DNA of 63,700 bases, the filler included, from Octopus bimaculoides (Eukaryota): NCBI RefSeq assembly GCF_001194135.2. It is 5 parts of 5 records of this genome, joined end to end, with 100 filler letters (N's around TTAATTAATTAA, not from the genome) between each part and the next. Parts side by side here need not be neighbours in the genome. Positions count along the whole stretch, not along the records: positions 11,185 to 33,518 come from NC_068986.1; positions 33,619 to 42,216 come from NC_068984.1; 3 more parts are not named here. One strand, 5' to 3'. The notes beneath the pieces are model-generated. The model saw nothing but the letters and a program-made list of their open reading frames with translations, was not told the origin of the DNA and did not search any database. Positions 24,411 through 36,904 of this stretch are shown piece after piece; position 1 is the stretch's first letter; each line of letters starts with the position of its first letter. A program made the position numbers and the translations under genes.

Positions 24411-26176
24411 CTGTATGTTTATATATATATATATAAATGTATAAACATACATATACACATACACAAACACACACATCCATATACATACACATAAATGCAA
24501 GCACATGCACACATATAGGGACATGTATGTGAGCATCTTTACAGGTGCTTGTATATGNNNNNNNNNNNNNNNNNNNNNNNNNNNNNNNNNNNNNNNNNNN
24601 NNNNNNNNNNNNNNNNNNNNNNNNNNNNNNNNNNNNNNNNNNNNNNNNNNNNNNNNNNNNNNNNNNNNNNNNNNNNNNNNNNNNNNNNNNNNNNNNNNNN
24701 NNNNNNNNNNNNNNNNNNNNNNNNNNNNNNNNNNNNNNNNNNNNNNNNNNNNNNNNNNNNNNNNNNNNNNNNNNNNNNNNNNNNNNNNNNNNNNNNNNNN
24801 NNNNNNNNNNNNNNNNNNNNNNNNNNNNNNNNNNNNNNNNNNNNNNNNNNNNNNNNNNNNNNNNNNNNNNNNNNNNNNNNNNNNNNNNNNNNNNNNNNNN
24901 NNNNNNNNNNNNNNNNNNNNNNNNNNNNNNNNNNNNNNNNNNNNNNNNNNNNNNNNNNNNNNNNNNNNNNNNNNNNNNNNNNNNNNNNNNNNNNNNNNNN
25001 NNNNNNNNNNNNNNNNNNNNNNNNNNNNNNNNNNNNNNNNNNNNNNNNNNNNNNNNNNNNNNNNNNNNNNNNNNNNNNNNNNNNNNNNNNNNNNNNNNNN
25101 NNNNNNNNNNNNNNNNNNNNNNNNNNNNNNNNNNNNNNNNNNNNNNNNNNNNNNNNNNNNNNNNNNNNNNNNNNNNNNNNNNNNNNNNNNNNNNNNNNNN
25201 NNNNNNNNNNNNNNNNNNNNNNNNNNNNNNNNNNNNNNNNNNNNNNNNNNNNNNNNNNNNNNNNNNNNNNNNNNNNNNNNNNNNNNNNNNNNNNNNNNNN
25301 NNNNNNNNNNNNNNNNNNNNNNNNNNNNNNNNNNNNNNNNNNNNNNNNNNNNNNNNNNNNNNNNNNNNNNNNNNNNNNNNNNNNNNNNNNNNNNNNNNNN
25401 NNNNNNNNNNNNNNNNNNNNNNATATATATATATATATATATATAAATGTATAAACATACATATACACATACACAAACACACACATCCATATACATACAC
25501 ATAAATGCAAGCACATGCACACATATAGGGACATGTATGTGAGCATCTTTACAGGTGCTTGTATATGTATGTTCATATATTTATGTTTGCATGCATATAC
25601 ACTTAAAAATAAGTGTGTGTGCGTGTGTGTCTATGTGTGTGCCTGTATGTGAGTGTATGAGCGTGCATGTGTTTGTGTATGTACATGTAAATACACATGT
25701 AAAGGCACATATATTTGCACATATATACACAAACACAGACATACACTGAGACACGTCTAAATATTAATTTTTCCTGTCCAGACAGATGGTACCCTGAATG
25801 TAACTAACGAAGGCTCAACCATCTTATTTTCCACTGACGTATCTCGGGCCCCACCTTGCTGTGACAGCTCATTGATCCTAAATGTCATTTGTCAACGGAC
25901 AAAATTACTTTTTCCCTTCTCTATATATCATCATTTTTGGGGACCTTTCCCTAATTTACAATATCTCTGCTACGACAGCCTCTACCTTCTGACTTTTAAT
26001 GAAAATTTGTGTTCCGTTTTGCTGTCATTTTATGACTTTTTGTTATTTTTTTGTTGCTATTGTTGATGGCGGGGGTAGAAGCTGTGGTGATGATATTAGT
26101 GATGATGGTGATGGTGCTGTCAGTATTGTTGTGATTTCTAATGATATTGCCACTTGCGTAATTTATCGTTAAAGAT

Positions 26177-26182
26177 AACGCC

Positions 26183-26240
<58 letters not shown>

Positions 26241-26305
26241 GTTGTCATCGCCTTTATCAGCATTCTCAGCCACGTCAATACGGATAATTATTGCTATTGC
26301 GACGG

Positions 26306-26345
<40 letters not shown>

Positions 26346-26370
26346 CATGATGATGATGATGATGATGATC

Positions 26371-26414
<44 letters not shown>

Positions 26415-26432
26415 AATGATGATGATGATGAT
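26177..26432. repeat. (TAT)n and (GAT)n trinucleotide arrays
   Basis: Read directly. Confidence 0.95.
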
Positions 26433-26669
26433 GTCGCTAATAGCATTAATAGTATGCGCACCATTAGAAGCAGCATTATACACACCGCAATTATTTTCAT
26501 CAAAATTATACAACGAACGTCGTGCATACAGAAAAAAAAACAAAAACAAACGCGCACACATATACACTTACACACATGCTGACACCCCTTCCTCTTCAGC
26601 ATCAATATCGTGATCATCATCGTCGTCATCAACGTTATTTAATAGTTCTTTCTAATTTCGACAACTGAC

Positions 26670-28015
26670 CAGCAGCTTTGAAGGGATTGAACGGAAAAAT
26701 CGAATCTGGTGGGGTTTGAACTCAGATCGTAGAACCGAAAGAAAAGTTGCTAAGAATTTTGTATGGCGCACTAAAGATTCTATCGGTTCACTGCCTTAAT
26801 AATAACCAGAAGAAGAAGAATCGTTAGTGCGTCGGACAAAATGCTTAACAGCGTCAGTTTATTACTTTCTCCGTCGAAATCCTGCGGAAATCAGTTCTAT
26901 CTTTCTGAGACTTTTACCTTTTCGCAATCGATAAAAAAAGTACCAGTATCGATGAAATCAATTTGCTCCCTTTTCTCAAAATTGCTAGTCTTGTACCAGA
27001 ATTGGAAAGAATTATTATCAAATTCACGTCAGCAGGATTTGAAATCGAACTTAAAAATCGTGAAACATAAGCTACAAAGCATTTTAAAGACATCCTAGTC
27101 TTTCTACCGGTTCGCCACCTTCGTTTATGTAATAATAATGTTAAAATTGATTTCAAATTTTGGCGCAAGGGTAGAAATTTCCGAGGAGAGGACAAGTCGA
27201 TTCCATTGACTCCAGTGTTCAATTCATACTTATTTTATCGACTCCGAAAAGATGAAAGGCAAAGTCGAACTGGGCGGAATTTGAACTCAGAACGTTAAGA
27301 GAGACGAAATGCCGCTAAGCATTTTGCCAGACGTGCTAACGATTCTGCCTTCTGAACGTCCGTATAATAATCGTTTCTAGAGCGCCGAGATAGGAGAATC
27401 GTTGGCACATCGGGCGAAATGCTTAGCAGTTTTTCGGCTGCCGCTAAGTTCTGAGGTCAAATTCCCCCGAAGTCGACTTTGCCTTTCACCCTTTGGAAGT
27501 CAATTAAATAAGTACCAGTTACGCACGGGGGTTGATGTAATCGACTCAATCCCTATGACTGTCCTCGTTTGTCCCCTCTATGTTTAGCCCCCTGCGGGCA
27601 ATAAACAAATATATAATAATAATTTCTTCTATAGGCACAAGGCCTAAAATTTGGGGGAGGGCACAAGTCGATTACATCGACCTCAGTGTTTCACTGGTAC
27701 TTAATTATCAACCCCGAAATGGATGAAAGGCAAAGTCAACCTCGGCGGAATTTGAACTCAGAACGTACCAGCAGACAAAATACCTATTTCTTTACTGCCC
27801 ACAAGGGGCTACACACAGAGGGGACAAACAAGGACAGACAAACAGATTAAGTCGATTACATCGACCCCAGTGCGTAACTGGTACTTAATTTATCGACCCC
27901 GAAAGGATGAAAGACAAAGTCGACCTCGGCGGAATTTGAACTCAGAACGTCACAGCAGACGAAATACCGCTAAGCATTTCTCCCGGCGTGCTAACGTTTC
28001 TGCCAGCTCACAGCC
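26670..28015. mobile_element. Cluster of about 7 SINE family A copies in alternating orientation
   Basis: Approximate copies: 26670-26800(-), 26820-26990(+), 26985-27125(-), 27150-27350(-), 27395-27615(+), 27625-27784(-), 27785-28015(-). All share ggcaaagtcgac..ggaatttgaactcagaacgt or its complement. Confidence 0.85.
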
Positions 28016-28427
28016 TTCGCCGTCCTTATAATAATGATAATATTGAAGATAAAATGAAAGCCGTTAATATGATGTGCGCTGGATTCTGCATGTGTACTCA
28101 GCGTATTGCAATAGGCATTCACTGTTAGTAAATATCAATATGGCGTCCAATCTGTGGCTTTTGGCGGAAATTACATCAGTCTGTTCATATGTATGAATAA
28201 ATCAGAATTTCACACAGAAATATATCTAAAGTCCATGCAGACAAAAGAAACAAACAATAAAACGAAAAACAAGTGTATACAGAAAAACATTTTGGTAAGC
28301 CTACAGAGAAATCTAATTCTTTTAATTCCATGTATATATGTGTATATATGTATGTATGTATATAACCACATTTGGATCGTTGGCGATTTTTTCCTCCGTC
28401 ACTTGGACTTTCCTCCGTCTCCTGTTT

Positions 28428-28453
28428 CTGACGGAAGGCATTGCTCGAAACGT
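28428..28453 (+). ncRNA. Degenerate hammerhead remnant
   Basis: CTGACGG-AAGGC-ATT-GCTC-GAAA-CGT. A9 is lost and the stem I 3' strand is replaced by the (GGT)n array. Confidence 0.45.
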
Positions 28454-28478
28454 GGTGTTGTGGTAGTGGTGGTGGCGG

Positions 28479-28509
<31 letters not shown>

Positions 28510-28887
28510 TGTGGTGGTAGTGGTGGTCGTGGTGGTGGTGGTGGTCGTCGTCGTGCTAGTGGTAATGGTTGTTGATGATGGCGGTTTTTCTTTAATTTGG
28601 TTTGATGTTGGCAATGGTGGTAGTAGAAATAGTTGTATTGGTATAGAGGCAGTGGATGGGGTTATCTTTGTGTTTGTAGCAGTGGTTTGAGCCATTGGAT
28701 TGGCGTAGAAGGTGGCTTCTTAGGTCATGCTCTTCCTAATGGTAGTAGTAGTATTAGTGGTGGTGATCTTGGTAAAACTAGTTGTAGTAGTATGAAACAT
28801 GTCTAAGTGATTTCATCGTAGTTTTCGTAAACGTAGTAACTTTGGTGCTAGTGTAGTTTGTAGTTGTAAAGATCGCTTCATTGCTGA

Positions 28888-28958
<71 letters not shown>

Positions 28959-29002
28959 ATAGTAGTAGTAGTTGCAGCAGCCTCAGCAGCAGCAGCAGTA
29001 GC

Positions 29003-29047
<45 letters not shown>

Positions 29048-29530
29048 TGTAGTAGTAGTAGGTGACAGCGATGGTAATGATGCTACTGCAGTTGGTGTGG
29101 TGGTGTTTGTGGTGGTGTTAGTGGTGGTGGTGGTGGTGNNNNNNNNNNNNNNNNNNNNNNNNNNNNNNNNNNNNNNNNNNNNNNNNNNNNNNNNNNNNNN
29201 NNNNNNNNNNNNNNNNNNNNNNNNNNNNNNNNNNNNNNNNNNNNNNNNNNNNNNNNNNNNNNNNNNNNNNNNNNNNNNNNNNNNNNNNNNNNNNNNNNNN
29301 NNNNNNNNNNNNNNNNNNNNNNNNNNNNNNNNNNNNNNNNNNNNNNNNNNNNNNNNNNNNNNNNNNNNNNNNNNNNNNNNNNNNNNNNNNNNNNNNNNNN
29401 NNNNNNNNNNNNNNNNNNNNNNNNNNNNNNNNNNNNNNNNNNNNNNNNGGTGGTGGTGGCGGTGGTGTTGTTGTTATTGTTGGTGGTGGTGGTGTTGGTT
29501 GTGGTGGAGATGGTGATAGTGATGGTTGAT
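28454..29530. repeat. Long compound (GGT)/(TAG)/(CAG)n low-complexity tract with an internal gap
   Basis: Read directly. Source of the poly-Val/poly-Thr ORFs. Confidence 0.93.
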
Positions 29531-30422
29531 GGTTGATGGTTGATGGTTATTGTATAAGCGGTGGTAGAATTACGGTGGTGATTCGGGTGCTGTTTATCAT
29601 TCCCGACAGTAGTAGCTGCAGTGACGGCAGCAGTGGTTGTAGCGAATGTGGTAGAGACGGTGATGATTCGGGTGTTGATGAGATTAACAGAAGTGGGTAC
29701 TCATGGTGGTTGCGTTGATGGCGGCGATCGTGAAAATGGTAATGGTGCAGATGATGGCTTTGAACGTGTTGGTGAGATGAGAGCGGGGCTGCAGTCGGTG
29801 GTAATTAGTAGTAGTGGTGGAAGTGGTGATGGTTACGCTGGTGCTGGCATTGGGAATGATGAGGTTGTAGTAATTCATTTTCTCTGTTTCTGTAACTAAT
29901 TGTGGTATCTATCAGTCGACCTCTACGTATTGTGTTGTATGTATGTATATATGTATGTATGCATGTACGTATGCCTGTCTGTCTGTATGCATGTATGTGC
30001 GTATATATCTGTCTGTATTTATGTATCTATGCATGAGGTGTGTCTATGTATGTCTGCGTATATGTGCCTGTGCATTTTAATGTCTACGTGTGTTCCCTTT
30101 CAAACACATGCATGGTGTGGGCGTACACCACGTGTGCCTGTCCACGTGTTTGATTTGATGTTCAATTTTCAATTTTCTTTCTGAGGTGATCCATCATAGA
30201 GGGTGGGAATGTGCTGACAAGTACTGTGTCACATGCACACAAATGCACACTTAAAACGCGTACGCACATACACACGTACACTCATACATATACATAAACA
30301 CATACTCATCTTTCATTTTCCCTCCTGTTTGTCCGTCTCTCCCTCTATAAATCATAAAATAATATAAATAGATATGTATATATGTATGCCTATATAAAGA
30401 TGTCTATGTATATATGCCTATA

Positions 30423-30468
<46 letters not shown>

Positions 30469-31901
30469 NNNNNNNNNNNNNNNNNNNNNNNNNNNNNNNN
30501 NNNNNNNNNNNNNNNNNNNNNNNNNNNNNNNNNNNNNNNNNNNNNNNNNNNNNNNNNNNNNNNNNNNNNNNNNNNNNNNNNNNNNNNNNNNNNNNNNNNN
30601 NNNNNNNNNNNNNNNNNNNNNNNNNNNNNNNNNNNNNNNNNNNNNNNNNNNNNNNNNNNNNNNNNNNNNNNNNNNNNNNNNNNNNNNNNNNNNNNNNNNN
30701 NNNNNNNNNNNNNNNNNNNNNNNNNNNNNNNNNNNNNNNNNNNNNNNNNNNNNNNNNNNNNNNNNNNNNNNNNNNNNNNNNNNNNNNNNNNNNNNNNNNN
30801 NNNNNNNNNNNNNNNNNNNNNNNNNNNNNNNNNNNNNNNNNNNNNNNNNNNNNNNNNNNNNNNNNNNNNNNNNNNNNNNNNNNNNNNNNNNNNNNNNNNN
30901 NNNNNNNNNNNNNNNNNNNNNNNNNNNNNNNNNNNNNNNNNNNNNNNNNNNNNNNNNNNNNNNNNNNNNNNNNNNNNNNNNNNNNNNNNNNNNNNNNNNN
31001 NNNNNNNNNNNNNNNNNNNNNNNNNNNNNNNNNNNNNNNNNNNNNNNNNNNNNNNNNNNNNNNNNNNNNNNNNNNNNNNNNNNNNNNNNNNNNNNNNNNN
31101 NNNNNNNNNNNNNNNNNNNNNNNNNNNNNNGCATATATAAAAATGTGTATACTTGTGAGTGAGTGCGTGTGTATGTTGTCTTGTGTTTAATATCTACACT
31201 CACACGTGCTCAGGCAAAGAGAAACTCGCACATTTACATATGAAGCATTGTGAAAATTCAGGGTACGCGCACTTTCCGATATGCACCACCTTCTCTGCAC
31301 GCACACACACATACACATACACATACATGCACACACACACACTTACAAGCATATGCACACGCATGCGCATTGTCTAAAATTGTTACATATACGTTTGCTG
31401 ATATAGAAACGTGCACTCAAAAACACAAGGACGCACACACCCACATATACACGCATGCACACGTACACACATGCTGGCGTACACATACACTAACAGAAAC
31501 CTATAGGGAGAAATTTATAGCTGGACATCAACCTTGTCACTGCTTATATTAGAAATAACAACTAAATCTCACATAAATTATACCCGAGGTCTAAAAGAAT
31601 GACGACAAAATGGAGAATTTGGGTTTAGATACACAATGTATGCAAGTCAATAATTTTGGGATATACATTAGTGGAATGATTATGATCACAGACTGGAATC
31701 AACCGATGGATAAGCAACATCGCCCAAGAACACTTGTACACACAAGCAGAAAACATTAACTCATACATGCGGAAACACACATACAGGCATACAAACAAAT
31801 ATACGTAAAAGTCCATGTACAAACACGCACAAACAACTGCGCGAACCATGGGTATGCACGCGACTTTTTCCTATTTTCCCCCGCATTCCTTCTCGATTTT
31901 T

Positions 31902-31930
31902 CTTGACAAGTGACAACTGTCCGAAACGTC
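31902..31930 (+). ncRNA. Degenerate hammerhead remnant
   Basis: CTTGACAA-GT-GACA-AC-TGTC-C-GAAA-C-GTC. The 3' half CCGAAACGTC is canonical; the 5' core and stem I are decayed. Confidence 0.35.
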
Positions 31931-32249
31931 GACATTTCTATGACATTCATTATCTCTATTGTTTATTTCGTAATTTGCCTAACGGCATTAGTTCTCAGTA
32001 TATTCTTTCCATTATAAGAGACTAGGTTGTAATCTTTGTGAGATTTCACTCGTATCTCTCGCAGGTTAGTTTTTTCATTTACAGTCGTCTAAACTGATCC
32101 ATGTAGCGATCATTCAATTTTGACTATTTGTCTAAATGTTGCGTGCGAATATGAATACGTTTGTAGTGTGTATGTGTGTGTGTGTTTGTGTTGATTTAGA
32201 ATTTATTATATATATGTAATTGTATATAATTGCACGGAACATTTTCATA

Positions 32250-32757
32250 GGCGCTAGTGTGGGTGTGTGGTAAGAAGTTTGCTTCCTAACCACACAGCTC
32301 CGGGTTCAGCCCCACTGCATTGCAATATGGGCATCTTCTACTATAGCCTCGGGCCGACCAAAGCCTTGAGAGTGGATTTGATGGAGGGAAACTAAAAGAT
32401 GCCTAACGTATACATACACACACACACACACATATATATGTATATATATATATATATACATATGTAATGCATCTTTCAGTTTCTGTTTATCAAATATGCG
32501 CGTGTTTGTGTGTATATGTCAGTGTGTGTGTATGTCAGTGTGTGTGTATGTCAGTGTATGTGTATGTCAGTGTGTGTGTGTGTGTGGCTTTGTCCCACAC
32601 TACCGCTTGACAAGTAGTGATGGTACGTTTACACTGCGAACCGTAGAGTTCGGCAAAAGATACCGAGAAAATAAAGTCCTGGGGTCGATACATTCCATTA
32701 AAAAATCTCGAAGGCGGTGTCCCAGCATGGCAGCAATCTAACGACTGAATCAAGTAT
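32250..32757 (+). mobile_element. tRNA-derived SINE family B, full-length with internal microsatellite
   Basis: Head tgtgtggtaagaagtttgcttcctaaccac..gggttcagcccc; body cttctactatagcctcgggccgaccaaagccttg; 3' gaaggcggtgtcccagcatggc. Confidence 0.85.
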
Positions 32758-33146
32758 GAGTGAGTTTAAAAAATTTTAAATATATATACGTACACATCTA
32801 CATATATTACATATATACGTACACGCATACATATTGTATGATTAAATATATACACATATTCGTATATATCAATATATACACGTACACATGTCTGTATTAT
32901 TCTTTTATTCGTCTTCATTATTTTACTGATCTCATTCATTGGATTGAGGTTTTACTCGGACACTGATTGGAACAGCTAACGAAATAATCCATGCCGATTT
33001 AGATACTTTTAACCGTGGCGACTATTTGTTTCCACACCTTTAGGCGAATAATTTCCACGAATTTTATAGATCAATTATTAACATATGAATAATATAATAT
33101 ATTATAAGAATCCAATAGCCATAAGTAGAATGAATTTATATATATA

Positions 33147-33518
33147 CTAGCAGTATAACCCGACCATGTCCGGGTGTGACTTATTATGTCATCTACGATA
33201 AGTCTTGCTAGCTGAAAATCAACTAAAAAAGAAAGCCTTACAACGAAAAAACCCTTATGATGTAAATATGTTCATAATTCAAAAGACGATGAAATTAATA
33301 GGGAAAGTCTGAAGGCTGTTTTGCGTAAAATTATTAAGCATACGTAAATTTCATCCGTGTAATTGGCTATAGAAATGCTTGTGCAAAACAACTTTTTGCG
33401 CTGCCCTGATTATACATAGCAGGGTGATCCCTTTTTACAGGAGCTAGGACGGCAATTTCTGATGAAGCAATTGCTGGCGATCTGTTGCTACACAGTTTTG
33501 CCAGAATTCTATCAGATT
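33147..33518 (-). mobile_element. Helitron-like non-autonomous element, 3' end (truncated by a gap)
   Basis: Minus strand: GC hairpin acccgg-acatg-gtcgggt, a 7-nt spacer, then CTAG followed by T, in an AT-repeat context. Confidence 0.6.
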
Positions 33519-33989
33519 NNNNNNNNNNNNNNNNNNNNNNNNNNNNNNNNNNNNNNNNNNNNTTAATTAATTAANNNNNNNNNNNNNNNNNNNNNNNNNN
33601 NNNNNNNNNNNNNNNNNNTATATATATATATATATGTGTGTGTGTTGGCCAGAGGCTATAATAGAAGACACTTGCTCGAAGTACACGGAACCATGTGGCT
33701 GGGAACCACACAGCCACCTCACCTTCCTATGTATATTGTAGGATTGGATCATGAAGTACATGTAAAGCTATAAATGATATCACATAAATGTCGGGCTGAA
33801 AAACCTATAGCTTTATAGGTACTTCGTGATCCAATTCTAAAAATGAATTATTCTACATTGCCTCGAAAGTTTATAAATTCTTATGATATTAGCAATATAT
33901 ATATATATATATGTAGCGTGTCTGTATTAACTTTAGTTAAAACATGCATTTTTGGACTTCAAGGTAGGCTCAGGCGACACTGTCAGTTT

Positions 33990-34706
33990 ACAGCTCTATT
34001 CAGTCTGTGATTGGCTGAATTAACTAGCTCCCACGGACAGGCGTTCTCTGTTACGTCCGATTGTCTCTTACATAATGGTTCAATTGAGTTCCTTGATTTC
34101 CTCTGTCTTATTGATTACTGTTGAACTGCTGTCTTTGTGTGGAACAAGTGTGTTCTGCCGGCTTGCAGCAGTATTGTCCGACGTTTTCCCTCTTGTTTGA
34201 TGAGAGAACGTCGTAGGTGCGTGCCTTCGTAATGGAATACGAAGGTTTGAGTTCTTCTTCCGACTTAACGTCGTTTGAGGAAGAGCTGGTTAAAAGTCTG
34301 AAGAGAGTAGACGAAGTAATGGAGGTGAAGAATTATGCAGAGGCGGTGCAAGAGAAAAGCAAAGACGTGTGTCTGGAGGAGTTGAGTAGATTCAAAGAAA
34401 TGATTAAAAGGGAGGGGAACGACGTAAAAGTGTCTCCCACCACCACAAAGAAGTTTTAAAAGAAAAATAGCAAAAACCATTATTTACCTGACGTATTCAG
34501 CAATAACCAGGAAAATTGAAATCATGTCGACCGCTCAAGTCGACAAGGCATTAAAACCAATCTGGCAAGGGATTTCTTACCTTGCTAGAGGAAGAAAGTT
34601 TGGAATGGTGGAGGTGCAGTTCCAGGAGGTGGCTACTGCCAGGTTGCACTCGGCAACACCCTTAAAAATGAACGAAGTGGTGCTTCTACCCATATACCTT
34701 GGGATA
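33990..34706 (+). mobile_element. L1/Tx1-like LINE 5' UTR and frameshifted ORF1 fragment
   Basis: A coiled-coil-like acidic N-terminus (FEEELVKSLKRVDEVMEVKNYAEAV..) is followed by VDKALKPIWQGISYLARGRKFGMVEVQF..HSATPL..VLLPIYLG, an RRM-like ORF1 pattern. Family assignment is by recollection. Confidence 0.6.
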
Positions 34707-34715
34707 TGATAATCC

Positions 34716-34860
34716 AAGCGTATATTGTTGTTAAATGCTCGAAACACGAGAGTAGAAAACAGCAAGCAACTGATGAAGGATCGTTCTTTATGTCGTTTGT
34801 CTTGTTTTCCATTTGTGTCTTTCGTTGTTCGAAAAAATAGTTCATATTCCATGTACTCGT
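34716..34860 (+). repeat. Duplicated PLE-type segment (second copy 35454-35593)
   Basis: Both read aagcgtatattg.tgttaaatg.tcgaaa.acgagagtag..actgatgaa..aaaaatagttcatattccatgta with scattered substitutions, so these are real diverged copies. Confidence 0.85.
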
Positions 34861-36298
34861 ACTTCATATTTTTTTGTTGTACATGTTTCATGACATCCTG
34901 TGCCCACATATGCGTATACATATATATATATACGTATTGATGTATATATATATTGATGTATATATATATATATATATATTTATTATTTATATTATTATAT
35001 GATCGAACGCCACGCATCCTCTTCCAAGTAAGTTTTATCTTAATAATTCTGATGCGCACTCTATACGATCTTTTTACTCTTTCGTTTTTCTCTATGTCAC
35101 TCTCTTATTCTTTTACCCCCTCTTCTCCCACCATTCTATCCTGTTACTCTGTCACACTCTCTCCCTCACTCCTCCTCCCTTACTCACGTGCTCCCACGTG
35201 ACCATCGGCTATCTTTCTTTCTTCTCCTAACTTGTGTGTCTTTCTTTCTCTCCGTTGTAGCTGGAACAAGGAAGACGTGTTCTTGTCTGTCTCCTGTCCA
35301 AGTTTGATTTACGCGTTCTTCACCACAGCCTCGTTTAGGCTTAGCAGCCCTTCCTGTTTGTTTTCACTGTTCTGTTTGTGTTACCAATTTTGACCCTCCG
35401 CAAAATCCCAAATTTAATTTAATTTGCTTTGCGAAAGCAACTGTTTTATCGAAAGCGTATATTGCTGTTAAATGTTCGAAATACGAGAGTAGAAAAACAG
35501 CCAACAACTGATGAAAGGTCGTTCTTTATGTTGTTTGTTTTGTTTTCCATTTGTGTCTTTCGTTGTTCGAAAAAATAGTTCATATTCCATGTANNNNNNN
35601 NNNNNNNNNNNNNNNNNNNNNNNNNNNNNNNNNNNNNNNNNNNNNNNNNNNNNNNNNNNNNNNNNNNNNNNNNNNNNNNNNNNNNNNNNNNNNNNNNNNN
35701 NNNNNNNNNNNNNNNNNNNNNNNNNNNNNNNNNNNNNNNNNNNNNNNNNNNNNNNNNNNNNNNNNNNNNNNNNNNNNNNNNNNNNNNNNNNNNNNNNNNN
35801 NNNNNNNNNNNNNNNNNNNNNNNNNNNNNNNNNNNNNNNNNNNNNNNNNNNNNNNNNNNNNNNNNNNNNNNNNNNNNNNNNNNNNNNNNNNNNNNNNNNN
35901 NNNNNNNNNNNNNNNNNNNNNNNNNNNNNNNNNNNNNNNNNNNNNNNNNNNNNNNNNNNNNNNNNNNNNNNNNNNNNNNNNNNNNNNNNNNNNNNNNNNN
36001 NNNNNNNNNNNNNNNNNNNNNNNNNNNNNNNNNNNNNNNNNNNNNNNNNNNNNNNNNNNNNNNNNNNNNNNNNNNNNNNNNNNNNNNNNNNNNNNNNNNN
36101 NNNNNNNNNNNNNNNNNNNNNNNNNNNNNNNNNNNNNNNNNNNNNNNNNNNNNNNNNNNNNNNNNNNNNNNNNNNNNNNNNNNNNNNNNNNNNNNNNNNN
36201 NNNNNNNNNNNNNNNNNNNNNNNNNNNNNNNNNNNNNNNNNNNNNNNNNNNNNNNNNNNNNNNNNNNNNGTATAATTTCCTGGGAGAGAAATAATTTT

Positions 36299-36375
36299 GC
36301 GGCTGAGGATAGCTTTACATTGTAAATTATACACATATTATATTATACATATAAAGCTTGAAACACGTGTACCGC
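36299..36375 (+). ncRNA. Type I hammerhead ribozyme fold with extended stem II
   Basis: Stem I GCGG/CCGC; CTGAGGA (36303-09); stem II AGCTTTA/TAAAGCT around a 34-nt AT-rich loop; GAAA (36360-63); palindromic stem III ACACGTGT; GUA site at 36371; (TA)n about 125 nt downstream. Confidence 0.72.
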
Positions 36376-36904
36376 GTAATCCTTTGTAGTTTTGTTGTTA
36401 TTTTTTGGATTTACAATTTATTCTTTCACCGCAACCACTAGCTGGAATATACAGGTGCTTACAATTGTCAAGTATTACCTCTAAATTTCAATTTACCTAT
36501 ATATATATATATATATATGTATATATTTAATTTACAGTTACTTTATAGGTAAAACCAACATAAAAAGTTCTCGATCCAGTGAGAAATAAATATCATTTTG
36601 GTATACAGAGAATTTTAAAAAGAGCTACTAATAGTTTAATGTCGTAGAGACAAAAGGACGCAGATCTTGGTTTTCTTTTCTTTCTTCTCGTTCTACGTTT
36701 TCTTCTCTTTTTTTATTTTATTTATTTTTTATTTTTGTCATATTTTCTCTTGTCATGGTTTCTCTTGTCATGTCAGTGTCATGGTTTTCAAATAGTTCAA
36801 ATGCTATGTACGGAACCTGAATGATTGTTCGGAGATAGATGGCATCTTGCATATATCTACCAAATTATTGTGTTTTTTTTTAAATCCTGTGTGTATTAAA
36901 GGAT

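Noticed and set aside
25780-26066. Acceptor followed by TDGTLNVTNEGSTILFSTD.. as a possible Ig-like exon
   Set aside because: Only a weak GTATCT donor, the downstream frame is low-complexity, and the similarity is too short.
33455-33485. CTGATGA-AGC-AATT-GCT as a hammerhead
   Set aside because: No GAAA follows stem II and there is no stem I or III.
34736-34850. GCTCGAAAC..GTA..CTGATGA read as a type II hammerhead (also 35475-35580)
   Set aside because: No stem I can form between the GUA and CUGAUGA, and stem II fails after 2 bp. At best these are halves of two adjacent decayed type I motifs.
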